Part shown: positions 37,801-50,354 of the stretch, one piece after another
Layout: each line of letters opens with the position of its first letter
Position numbering within the stretch: position 1 is the first letter of the stretch
Assembly (NCBI GenBank): GCA_965287045.1
Contig: OZ336884.1
Span: 52,266,001 to 52,330,000 of the forward strand
Direction: 5' to 3'
From: Carcharhinus amblyrhynchos
Lineage: Eukaryota
Length of the DNA stretch: 64,000 nucleotides
Position numbers and translations under genes: made by a program
Notes under the pieces: model-generated
What the model was told of the DNA's origin: nothing
The model's database searches: none
What the model saw: the letters and a program-made list of their open reading frames with translations, nothing else

Positions 37801-39826
37801 TTTACAACCACATAAAACGAAGATACAACATCCCACATGGACCTAATACACTGGTTGTAAATAATCCTGAATGTCTCAATCCAGGTGTTTTTCTCGAATC
37901 CAATGGAATTAAAGTAACCTTTATTTATTTAAACTACATTTATATTTATATTTAGTAACAGTACTTAAAATAAACATCAATATATTACTGAAGCTGCTCA
38001 GTCCACAGAGGTCACTGGTCAGTATAAAATAATTTGCTCTATGGCAACAACAAAAGAAACAACAAACAAATGGATACTAGGGTGGGATAAGTTTTTTATA
38101 AAAATATCAAAGTAACTAATTGGTTATTTTTAACAAAACAGGTATGAAGACATATTCAATCTAACTGAAGTTACCAAGCCATACATGTGGCACAAAGCTA
38201 AGATGAAGAACATAACATTTAATTAAGTTTCTTCTTCAAAAGACATTGACCCAAGTTGTGTAAAATTCAACAGACCTCACCAAAAACTCCCAGTATTGGT
38301 TTGATATTCAATGTGGAGGGCATCACACTCTGTTTGATCTCCATACTCATGCATCTTGCATAGCCTACTTAACAATAAACTTAATGTAGCCATTTAATTA
38401 AGTGTTTCTAAGTCTGTTGTAATTGAAGATTATTGAGGTATATCCAATGGCAAGTGTGAATGACAAGGGAGAGAAATTCAGCATCATTTTGCAAAACTGT
38501 TCAGGTGTAAGCAAAGGTTGTGGAGACTAATTTGCATTGCAATCTCCATATTCAATCTCTTCCAGAAGTACACCACATGCCAGATTGAAAGTAGCATCCC
38601 ACCTTTTGGTGTGCAATATGCCTGCCTGAAACTGGACTGAGGCACCCGCACTCAAGCTGTGAAATAAATCACCTTAACAAATCATATCTATCCATTTAAT
38701 TAAGTGTTTCTAAATCTACTGTCAACAAGATTATTGAGGTATATCTAAGGGCAGGTTTGAAAGCCATTCACTTCATATGACAATGAGGATTCTACATTTA
38801 TCCCTAAGTAACACTATCTCATGATTAGATACTGGGTACAGTCATGCTCCTCAACACAAATTGCCTGGGTTACCACAGGAGTTATGGTACCACCATACCA
38901 GAGTGGACCTGAACACATGCTCAAGTACTTAATTTATCTATTCAAACTGCACTCGGGTTCAAAATATCAGTACTTGACTTAATTCTGGGTAAAGGAAAGG
39001 TGAAATAATACAATCTCTGATTGCCAATGATATATATGGTTAAAATTTCTTAAACTTTGAATATCAAATACTTAGAATGCATAAACGTTGCTGACTGAAA
39101 TGTCACATAAACATAGCCTGTGCTTGCTGCCAGCAAAGCAAAGAGAACATGAAAAGGTGAATCAGACATTATGTTCCCCTGTATTTAGAGAGATATGACA
39201 TGCAAAGTAAGAAATCTGTACGAAATGTGTTTTTATTGTGAACTCAGCTAAAGGATGAAGGACACCACAGAGGAAAGGAAAATTGAGTAGGGAAAGTCAA
39301 CAAATACATCACTTTATAAACCTGTGGATTATATAAATATATCAACATGAAGGAAAATGAGGAATCTCAACAGTTTCAATTCACCAGTAACTTCTATATT
39401 CTGAAAAATAACCACTAATACCACTTTTAAAAAAAAAAGTTGCATGGAATGAACCCTTTACATGGCTGGTTCTTAAGTGAGTAACTGAATACTGCTTCAA
39501 CTCAGTCTTTAAACATGCTGCTCAGATGCTATGAGGGGATGAGGCAAACTAAAAAAAAAATGTATTTTATCTCTGTATTAATCAAAAACTTGTCAATCAT
39601 ATACTTCAGCTTTAGAATAGTTAGGTTTTGCAGTCCCTCAGTATATTGGGTTAGGAAAAAAAATAATTTTGCGAAGATGGAGCATCTGATAGAAACTCTC
39701 AAAGTTGTATTTGCTTTCAAAACAAACACAACACAACTGTTAAAAAATGGATCTTTCTCTTTATGCTAGTGTCCACCTTAGCAAACACTGCAAGCAAATG
39801 CTTAAAGCTTGCTTTGGAAAACTCAC

Positions 39827-40009
39827 AATTTGCGGATAGTTCAACCTGCGATGTTGAACAAATTTGCTCTCAATGTCACTCCAGCGTTTGTTGAGCTGGA
39901 TCAGCTGCAGCTCCAATGCCTTAGCTGCTCCTCTCTTTGACAGGCTCTGCGCTTGCCTGCACACTGCATTCAGGTCTCCTCTCTTCTCTTCCAGTTCAGC
40001 ATCCATCTC
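39827..40009 (-). CDS. DMD: Dystrophin coding exon, ortholog of human exon 41 (183 bp, phase 0-0)
   Basis: ttactcattag|GAGATG...CAAATT|gtgagt; EMDAELEEKRGDLNAVCRQAQSLSKRGAAKALELQLIQLNKRWSDIESKFVQHRRLNYPQI vs human EIDRELQKKKEELNAVRRQAEGLSEDGAAMAVEPTQIQLSKRWREIESKFAQFRRLNFAQI; same length as human. Confidence 0.97.
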
Positions 40010-42409
40010 CTAATGAGTAAAACCATAGGGCTCCAATGCAGTTAGCTAGCTATTGTCTGAACTTGTTGAAGAAAGACTAAGCAATGAAACTGAAATAAAA
40101 CATGTTTATCTTCCTTATTTCAGGTTCATATTCTGACATGAGCACATCATAATTTTATCGTACAACTAGCTAAAAAGGCAATGCCCAAAATAGTATCAAA
40201 CTTCTTTTTTTGAGAGGCTCGCCCAGTCACAAATAGCATTGCAGAGTAGTATCCAAGTGAGTTGAGTGGTCAATCTTCAAACCTAAACATGGGTGCTTTA
40301 TCTGGAAAAATTGGATGTTTTAAATAACTAAAGCAGTTTAGATCAGATTCAGTTTCCGCTTATAAATACAAGTGATACGATTATTCTTCTCTCAACTAGC
40401 TGCACGGGGTTGGTGCATTGCAAACCTCAACGTGGCTATCAAAGAAACAAGCAACTGCTTACTTTGCTTGAAGTCCAGCATTGACATATCTGAGCTCCTT
40501 AAATAAGCTTATGTTAGCTCAAATTTCACATTCAGTGGTGTGGTGACAGAATTTATTGCTGACTTTAAAGAAAGTTGCCCACAAAAATGTAGTGTTCTCT
40601 GTGGTGTGGGTTCACCCCTTTCATGATAGCAGTTTGAATTTGACAGTAAGTTAAGGAGACCTCTTCCCACCCAGCATCAGTGATGTCATTAAACATGCCT
40701 TTCGCATTAAAGTATTCTTACTCGCAAAATCTGAATGTTTCACTTTAATTAAAATTTCATGGACAGTTAAATAAATGATCAGTATAAACACATGAGAATA
40801 AGGTAGAAGTTGAAATATCATAAATAAATGTATTTTAAAAAAGATTTTCAAAAATATGTTTCTTCTTTTAATTTGACTTTCCACAAATATAAAATTAGGT
40901 TTTCAAGGGCCATTGAAGCTATGAAGTGGTAATTGTGGTAACTATGAACTTAATGTACTGTTTGTTATACCTCATGCGACAAGGTGTAATATTTCCCAAA
41001 GTGTTCTTTCATAATGGCTAGTGACTTTAAAACCAAGCTTTTATCAGTTCAGTGATTTCAATTTGAATGGAGTCTGCAGAGATTTCAGAAGCGCAGCCTA
41101 CAGGAAAGCATAGAAGCTGTGACAGCTACTTCTGGGTTTGTCTATGTGCAGATTCTAGTAGCTGCTGCCAGTTTTCAGGCAGTAATGACAGCGAACACTG
41201 ACAGTTTTGCTCTTATTAATATGACAACCTGTGGGCCTTCAGTTTGCTTCAGTTGAAGCCAACTTTAGTGGTTCTTGACTGGGAACTGCCGGTCCAAATG
41301 TAACTGTAGAATATTATACAAAATACATTGCTTTCAAAATTACTAATCTGGATAGTGATACTAAAATTAGTAATAATAATCTTTTCAAAATTTAGAGCCC
41401 TTGCACCATAAGAATCATGATATTATAAGAGTTAAGGTTTCCTTGAAGCTGAAATAATGTTTGAATCTAATAAATAGCTCCCTACAGCATAAACTTGACT
41501 TTTTTTTTTCTCTTAGCTAACCTGTTACTGTGAAGTTTGAATTATTTTTCCTTATTATAAAAGATATCTTATATTTTTACCTTCAAATTTTCCGAATGAT
41601 TGTCAAATCGACATGACAAAGGAAGTGAAGAAGCAAAATAAAACAATGGATCATAAAAAAAGTGATTCTGCCATGTACAAATAAATCCACAGAGATGTGG
41701 CAATGACAGTGGTGAAATATGCTCTGAGCAAATAAGTGATAGAGAGAGCACAGTGGTAAGACATACTTATATTCAGACAGTATAAAGATTTTGAAACTGT
41801 CCCTTAACCATTACTGGTTTAAAGACAAAAATCAGGCAATCTGCTTCCTGTAATAAATAATCAATTAAACAACTCACAAAGATTCAAACTACATTATTCA
41901 CCACACATGAGACAAGTAACTCTGGTCCATCCTATTAATATCAGTCAGGAAATATCTATTCTAAATTCTATGTGGGCTGTAAGATACAACTAGTGGCAAA
42001 TTATACATCCCAAAAGTATTTCTATTGGGAACTATAATGTTATTAAATTTAAGAAAAATCCGTTAACTTCCTCCTTCAAATCCTTCACCCCCTAGAACTT
42101 TTATTAATATCCATACTTAAGAGATTCAGCGATATTACCATAAATTTAAATTATAAGGAACAGCAAATTCATAGACACTGGGGAAAAAAATATAAAATAA
42201 ATTTAGGTCCCTGTTTCAGTAGGATATGGGCTCTCATCAAAAATGCAGGAGATAATGCTTAAACCATCTGACTAGAAAAAGCACATTCAGAAGTTGAGGC
42301 GCACTGTAAAAGAATATCAACTATACCCACATCTTTAGTTACAAATATTTTTTCCCAGGTTATAAAAAAGAGAAATGCAAACACCTGCTTTTTTTTAAAA
42401 GAATGTTAC

Positions 42410-42562
42410 CTTCATCTTCTGGTCATCTTTGGGTTCTGGGAGACTGGCTAACCTTTTCTCAATGTCATCCAACCACTGCAAAAGGTTGTCGGCCTGCTTC
42501 TTGTACTGATACCAATGTGGAGAAATCTCCAGTGCCTTTTTCCTCCTAATAGATCTTAAATC
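42410..42562 (-). CDS. DMD: Dystrophin coding exon, ortholog of human exon 40 (153 bp, phase 0-0)
   Basis: ttttaaacag|GATTTA...ATGAAG|gtaaca; DLRSIRRKKALEISPHWYQYKKQADNLLQWLDDIEKRLASLPEPKDDQKMK vs human DLRSQRRKKALEISHQWYQYKRQADDLLKCLDDIEKKLASLPEPRDERKIK. Confidence 0.98.
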
Positions 42563-42798
42563 CTGTTTAAAATGCCAATGGTTACTGTTTGATAGCCACC
42601 ACATAATAAAAGCACAACACATCAAAAGCACACATCCTAAGTTCATATCACTCACTCATTTCCTTTCTATTCACTCTTTGTTTAATTCTGAAGATTTTGT
42701 TAAAAACCTAATTGTTATCTGAAAGAAAGTTAACAGCTCAGGTTGACAATATTTCATCAACCCAGCTTTCACAAAAAGGCATCAACCTGATGCACGAA

Positions 42799-43771
42799 GC
42801 AGGATTTTCCCTCAGGCTTCAGGACCCTGATATCCAGGCCCATTGTAGGTCCTGAGCCTATACTTACAGGAAGTCAGACCAGTACAGCTATTTTCCTGGA
42901 GACAGCCTCCTGATTGGGCACATGTGCATTCGCATCCTATTCTATAGTTCTATTAAGGAAGATGTGCGGATTCCTGATGCCATCAACCCAATTACAGGTG
43001 CAGTAGCTCTACAGCCTTCGTAGCTCCAACAAGAGAGGTGGGTGCTGCTGAGGCAGGTGGGCGAGTGCAAAGAACACCTCAAAATAGGGGCTCCCTTGAA
43101 ACACTAAACATTTTTTTTGGCATCGATTGGAGAGAAACCCCTCTACTGAGATCAGTCAGTCGTCCTTTGATCCCTATGACCCACTTTTTGGGGAATGGAG
43201 TCTGTCTCTGATGGTACATTGGTCTGCTGCAAAGGCACCAATTACATTAAAAACTGATAAAGTGTGTGTGCGTGTGTGTGTTTGTGTGTTGGGGAGGGGT
43301 GAAGTGGTCAGTGTTGCACTACACTATGGGAAAGTGCTGGCAGGACGGGGAAGTCTCCCCCAGTTGCGGCCTAATTTATGGCAACTGACTGCCACCCTCA
43401 GAGGTATTGATAGCTGGTTCACTTCACTCGCAAGCTTTCGGGTTAGCCCCTTCGTCAGGTGAAGGGGCTAACCCGAAAGCTTGCGAGTATATTATCAAAT
43501 AAATAGGTTGGACTAAAACCTGGTGTTGTCAGACTTTTTACTGTGTTTACGCCAGTCCAACGCCGGCATACCCACATCATCACTTCACTGCCAGAAAACT
43601 GTCCCGGAAGTGAGAATGCACCTTGGGGGCCACCCCAACCCTTATCTCCACCATTCTCTACCCTTATCACATGCGCAGCCCCTGCCCCCCCTGCCCCCCC
43701 TCCCCCCCACCCAAGCCCCGCCTCAACTTGCCACTTCCAAATTGTCACCAAGAGACTGGAAAAATTCAGCC
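42799..43771. mobile_element. Harbinger-type non-autonomous element hosting a Penelope insert
   Basis: Ends gcaggattttcc ... ggaaaaattcagcc. Confidence 0.45.
43429..43579. mobile_element. Short Penelope pseudo-LTR with inverted 5' end carrying a hammerhead core
   Basis: Near-identical to 50355-50480 (inverted) and similar to 32470-32589; TSD tcacttcact at 43419-43428 and 43580-43589; internal palindrome centred ~43457. Confidence 0.85.
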
Positions 43772-44395
43772 TGTTAACTTTGCTTATTTCCCAAGCTGTT
43801 GTCTTTGTACTTTGCTGGCAGTGCTGTTACCAAAATAAGTTTCTCTGCTGAGAAGATTGCTGAAGATGTCTAAATCTGCTCTTTAAGCTTGAGCTTGAAA
43901 GTGACAGATGGGAAAATCATGGGCGAAGTGCCTGCTATTTTCTCTTATCTTCTGCCAAAAGTTAAGATCCCAAGTGGCAGTGCAATCACATAAAAGAATT
44001 CACTTTATGCCAGCCTTAGATGCAGAAAATCAAGCATTTCCATTTCTGCAACCTGATCACAAATCCACTCATCCCACATGACAGAAGGGAGAGCATCCAG
44101 TTTCAGGGCACTCAGGGGTGCTACAGAAATGTAGATCGGAAATGAATCCTCAACATAAGGCCCATCTCCATTTTTACAGGGGTATTCAAGTATCCTGCCA
44201 CAAATATGTGGACCATTCAATTAACATATTTAAACTGGCTCTCATGCTTAATTTTGAAACCCACTTAAATTTCACTGTTATTTCTGCACAAGTTACTCAG
44301 GGGTCAGGAATACTGGCGACAAAATGGAAGCGGGAGCCGCTGGTTTCATAACCCAAGAGGCTTGCCAACACTTTGAGAGCTAGCAGCCCAACAGC

Positions 44396-44619
44396 AACAA
44401 AAACAGAAAATGCTGGAAAATCTCAGCAGATCTGACAGCATCTGTGGGGAGAGAAATGTTTCAAGTCTGGATGATTCTTCTTCAGAGCTCTGATGAAGGG
44501 TCATTCAGACTGAAAGCATTGGCTCAATGCTCTCCCCACAGATGCTGTCAGACTTGCTGAGATTTTCCATCGTTTTCTGTTTTTGTTTCAGATTCCAGCA
44601 TCTGCAGTATTTTGCTTTT
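44396..44619. mobile_element. Second-family Penelope-derived inverted pseudo-LTR dimer (hairpin) with degenerate hammerhead cores
   Basis: Arms ~44396-44454 and ~44531-44588 complementary; CTGATGA...GAAA on + (44490-44515) and CTGAAGA...GAAAC on - (~44457-44485); older relative at ~61900-62060. Confidence 0.7.
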
Positions 44620-45911
44620 AGCCCATCAACAAAGTCAGAATGTTTTCTCAAGGATTATTGATTGCTTTCCTTCCTGATCTTGGGCTGTCATTTCTGCCAT
44701 TTACCTTCTCTCTCTCTCCCACAGCAGCAAACACCCTCTTCCACCACACACACACACTCAACCCTGGCCTCATCACCTTCTCACAGTCACTGTCTCTCCG
44801 TGGCCAATACCCCAACCCATATCCAATCCTGCCATCTCTACCTTCTCCCGATCGCTGTCACTCTTCCTTGTTCCTATTGCCAAGGGCATTGAGAAGGGCC
44901 CTGCCACTGGTCTCCTTCCACTAGTGTTCTCTTTTGGTCACTAGCCAGACTGTCCATTTGGCCATATGCTGGATAGAAATGGAGCCATTAAATGCAAATG
45001 ATGTCCTGTTGTTAAGTTTGTGACACAGCAATATTCTGGAGACCATTTTGTGTGCGCGTGTGTGTGTTGGGAGGGGTATTGTTGATGGGGAGTGGCTTTA
45101 CTGTAATGCATCCTGAGCTACTTAGAAATCAGAAAGACAAATTCAATTCCATACTCAAGAATGATCTTAGTCATGAATGGTATTGGCAGTCATGTCTGCG
45201 CCCATCTTCTGTCTGTAAATACCACAAAAGGGGCATCATCTTCCTTCCAGGAGTTATTCTTTATCTTCCCCTTTTATCAACTGAATCTGCTGAGCACTGA
45301 AGTCACTTCATTCTGTCATTTGATTGAGTGGCTACGTGCTTCCAATGAAAAGCCAGTTGTACTTGTGGAATCCAGCAACACAATAGCACATTATTACCAG
45401 GTAACAAATGTCAAGAAAGAGTTGGCCCTCTTACAACCAAGAGAAGCAAACTGGATGACTCTGGGGATGTCATCAGCACTAGTCTGTAAAAACCTGGAAG
45501 GGTAAAAATAGAAGGCTATGATAATTTTGATGGCTACCTGCAGTGACATCTAGTTTGCAAATATCTTGAAATCATCCTGCCACAAATGGCACGACATCCT
45601 GGCTCAGCCACAGCCTCCGCTGCCCCGGTGCTATATCCTAGGACGGTATACCCAATGGTACCAAATTTTGGTGCAATTCATGTAAGTACATACCAGGGGT
45701 GGAATATAGTCTCCTATATTCTTGTGACAATGGTTAATGATTAAATCAGCTGCTTCCTGCACAGCTCCAAGGTCCAAATTATCAGGACCATGTTACATAA
45801 AAGTTGAACATTATTGCTCCTTCTGGGCAATCATAATGTTATTAATAAGGTTAAGTACTTTTCCATCCACATTTTGTGTGCTTGAACAAAAAAACCCTTT
45901 CAAGCAAAATG

Positions 45912-46104
45912 GGCGAGATTCTTCGGCTTCCCAGCTGCATGTTTCCCGACAGCGGAAGTGGCATTTTGTTTGCTTGCAGTGGGATTCTCTGGTCCTACTG
46001 CTGTCAATGGAAATTCCCACTGATGACAACTCACACCGATGGGAAATCCGCAGACATGGGTGCGCTGCCGGCTAGGCCAGCATGAACTGCTGGAGAATTC
46101 TGGC
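45912..46104. mobile_element. Harbinger-type MITE (family of 20123-20258)
   Basis: ggcgagattctt ... ggagaattctggc; shared internal gggattctc motif. Confidence 0.6.
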
Positions 46105-46620
46105 ATTTTGGAAAACAGAACAATCTGAAAACTTACATCTATTAAACCACATCTTTGCTTTTGTTATCACCTTCTTCCCCACTATCCTCAAAGTAAGCTG
46201 TATATAATGGACCATACCTATATGTTATGAACCTAATACCAGTGAATAACACAGTATTAATTATTTTGATGATCAAACTGCATATGATATGCATTCTTAA
46301 TTCATCCCCTCAAAATCTAGCCTTTATATTCAGTCTCATCTTCAGGATTTATAGAGAAAAAAATCATTTGGAGACTTAGCCATACAATATCTCACTTTTA
46401 GACATTAGCAGCAGATAAATCATTTTGAAAAGTCATCTGCAGTGATTTTTGATGTCCAAAAAATTATCCAATTCAGGCAGAAACATTCCAAAAGTATATG
46501 AATGGAGATAAGTAAGCACATCAATTTACCAAAAGAAAAAAAACTTGCTTAATTCTTAGTTTTCTGAAGAATCCCGGTATTGCTGAAGTTGTTGATGTAG
46601 GTACTGTTGACTGATCATAC

Positions 46621-46758
46621 CTTGAGAATATTAAATTTAGCTTGCAGCATCTGTTGTTTCATTCTAATTTCTTCTCGCTTTTTCTCATTTGTGACACTCT
46701 GTTGCAAAGTGTCTCCCATCTTTGCCAGTTCATTCATTCTTCTCTCATCATCTTCACT
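46621..46758 (-). CDS. DMD: Dystrophin coding exon, ortholog of human exon 39 (138 bp, phase 0-0)
   Basis: atattgcag|AGTGAA...CTCAAG|gtatga; SEDDERRMNELAKMGDTLQQSVTNEKKREEIRMKQQMLQAKFNILK vs human NEDNEGTVKELLQRGDNLQQRITDERKREEIKIKQQLLQTKHNALK. Confidence 0.95.
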
Positions 46759-48089
46759 CTGCAATATTAATGAAAATCACATGGAACAAACAGGTTATAC
46801 TTTGGAAACTGCAACATATAAACTCCTGCATTGCTAACTTTTAATTTGCTACCGTCCAGTCTCAGTTGCAGCACTTGCCCCCTGCTGCAAAGGAGTTTGT
46901 AACAGTAACTTGATCAGTCTGCAGTATCAGTCCATAAAAGTCATCAGTCACTCCCTTAACCCGTTTGAATCAGTACCGAGCAACCATTTGAACTTTCCCT
47001 TGTGTTAATAATAAATATAGTTCTCACAAGTAATAGTCAGTTCCAATTTCAAGAACAATTCAAGAAAGATGAGGGCATGACTGGAACATTTACTATTGTG
47101 TGGTACTGTCATTTACAAGTTGGTTGAAATTGTGATCTGAGGCAGTGATATTAATAATAATGACTATGGTAGTAAATACAGCAACTCTAATAAATCTATC
47201 ATAGTAAAATATATATTTTAAATCAAGGAGAGAATTTTGTGATGAGTTAGAATTTGGCCCTTTCATTCAAGGCTATGAATCTAGCACGACTGACAGGTTG
47301 AATATGCTTCTTTCTGGTAGCTGTAAGTTCCTACGTGAAATGAGTTTGGTCAACCCAAAGTCACTTCATGAGAGTAACTGAATTAAAGTAAAAGGGGCTC
47401 ACAAGTTTTTAGACTTAAACTCAAGTTTTAGATTAAAAAAGCTCTTGTTGCACTAAACAGTGACAAGGCATTCCAAAAAGGAGTACCACTTGATTAAAAA
47501 AAGTGGCAATTTTTGATTTTTTTGGAAATTTCTCAACTAAGGTGATAAGTATGTTAAAATATCAGATCACATGATGCAACTGCATTTAAGTTATTGCAAA
47601 ATGCAATAACTTGAAAATTATCATTGCCAAACTTTGCAGCAAAATTGTTCTTATTGATAACTTTAGTAAAATTAAGTCTTTACAGCTTTGGGCAAAAGAA
47701 CTGAACTCCAGAGGTGAAATGAGAGTGATGGCCCCTGACATCAAGGCAGCATTTGACCTGATGTGGCATCACAGAGTCCTAGCAAAATTGAAGTCAATGG
47801 GAATGAAGGAGGAAATCTCTCTGTGGATTAGAGGCACATCTAGCACAAAGGAAGATGACTATGATTGCTGGAAGTCAAACATCTCAGTCCTGGGTCAATG
47901 CTGCAAGAGTTCCACAGGGTAGTGTACTCGACTAGCCAATTTTAGCTGTTTTATCAATGACTTTCTTATCATCATAAGGTCAGAATTTGGATGTTTGTGG
48001 ATGATTGCACAGTGTACAGCACCATTCATAACTCTCCACAGACTGAAACAGTCCATGTCAATATGCAGCAATCTGGAACATCCGTTCTC

Positions 48090-50354
48090 TCCTGTACTGT
48101 AATACCAATTGATACTGCTACTCTCCTCTCCCCACCACCCTCCCATCCCTCTCCTGTCTCTCTTGAACAGCTTGTACCAAAGAATATTTAATACCCAGGC
48201 CTGCCCTGCTTTGAGCCAGGTCTCTGTTATAACAGTAATATCATAGTTCCACTTGTCCATCTGTGTCTACAGTTCACCAATCTTGTTAACTACATTCCAA
48301 TCAATCACATAAATGAATGTTAACCTAGATTTAGGCTTTTTTAAAAATCTTGTCCCTCACCCTGATCCCATCGAATGACTGACTATTGCTTACTCTAATC
48401 CTATGAATCTCTCCAAATATTGACCTTAATGAAAATATATCAGAGGAGCATCAACAGTTAATACTCTGAAAATTCCTTCAGGTTCCCATCCTCCTGCCAG
48501 TCCAGTTTAAACATTGCCTTAACAACAATAGCAAACCTCTCTATGAAGCCATTAGTCCCAGTCCTGTAACTCATCCTTCTTGTTAAAGTCCAAAGTCTCC
48601 AAAGGTTCCAAAGTCTCAGAAATCTTTAGCTAGCCCTCCTACTGAATTTCTCCAGCCACATGTTGAACTGCTTAACCTTCCCATTCTTATGTTCACTACC
48701 ACATGGCACTGGGAGTAACCCTGAGAATTCTGTTCAAGGTCCCACTTTTTAATTCCCTTTCTAACTCGCTATAATCTGCTGTAAGGACCTCAGCTTGTTT
48801 TGTACCTATGTCATTGGTACCAATGTGGACTACAACTTCTGGCTGTTCACTCTCCCCCAAATGAAAGTTAATCTTAATGGCAGCTGCTCTGTGAGATCAT
48901 AGAATTATACAGCACAGAAGAGGCCCTTCAGCCATTGAGTCTGCACCAACACGTTAGAAACACTGAACTCCCACTTAATCCCATTTGCCAGTACTTGGCC
49001 CTAGCCCTGAATGTTATGATGTGCCAAGTGCTCATTCAGGTACTTTCTAAAGGATGCGAGGCAACCGCCTCCTCTACCACTCTCCCAAACAGCACATTCC
49101 AGACCATCATCACCCTCTGGGTAAAAAGTTTTTTCTCTCATCCCCATAAACTCCCTGCCCCTCATCTTGAACCTATGTCCCCTCGTGACTAACGCTTCAA
49201 CTAAGGGGAACAGCTGCACCTTATCCACTCTGCCCATGTCTCTCATAATCTTATACACCTCTATCAAGTCCCCCCTCAGTATTCTCTGCTCCAACAAAAA
49301 CAAACCAAGCTGACGCAACACCTCTCTTCATAACTTAAATGTTCCATCCCAGGCAGCATCTTGGTGAATCTCCTCTGCACCCCTTCCAGCACAATCACAT
49401 ACTTCCGATAATGTGGCAACCAGAACTGCGCACAACACTCTCGCTGTGGCCTCCCCAAAGTTCTATACAACTCCAACATAACTTCCCTACTTTTGTAATT
49501 TATGCCTTGACTGATAAAGGCAAGTGTCATGTATGCCTTTTTCACCACCCTACTAACATGCCTTCTGCTTTCAGAGGTTTGTGGACAAACACGCCAAGGT
49601 CCCTTTGTTCCACAGAACTTCCTAGTGCCCTACCATTCATTGAATACTTCACTGTCAAATTACTCCTTCCAAAATGTTTCACCTCACACTTTTTAGGGTT
49701 AAATTCCATCTGCCACTTTTCTGCCCATTTGGCCATTCCATCTATATCTTCTTATAACCCAAGTCACTCCACCTCACTGTTAACCACCCGTCGATTCTTT
49801 GTGTCATCTGCAAACTTACTAATCTTACCCGTCCACATAATCATCAATGTTATTTACATAAATAACAAATAATAGGGGGGCCCAACACAGATCCCCATGG
49901 CAGGCCACTGGAGGCTGACGTCCAGTCACTAAAGGAGCCTTCTGTCATCACCCTCTGTCTCCCTGTCACCCTCTCAATTCATTTTATCAAATTACCCTGT
50001 ATCCCATGTGAATTTACCTTTTTTACAAGTCTCCCATGTGGGACCTGTCAAAGGCTTTGCTGAAATCCATATAAACTACATCAACTGCACTATCCTTGTC
50101 TACACACCTGGTCAACTCCTCAAAAATTTAAATCAAATTTGTTAGGCATGACCTCCCTCTGATGAAGCCATGCTGATTATCCCTGATCAAGTTTTGCCTC
50201 TCCAAGTGGAGATAGACAATCCCCTTCAGAAGTTTCTCTATTCTTATTTCCCTACCACGAACGTGAAACTCACTGGTCTGTAGTCCCCTGGTTTATCTCT
50301 TCTTAAATAGCGGTACCAGATTGGCTGTTCTCCAGTCATCTGGCACTTCCCCTG
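48090..50354 (-). mobile_element. Two minus-strand CR1 pieces (endonuclease region ~48090-48895; RT and 3' end ~48896-50354)
   Basis: YDITVITETWL (APE endonuclease); WAEKWQMEFNPKKCEV; LYRTLGRPQRECCAQFW; LRGDLIEVYKIM. Confidence 0.85.
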
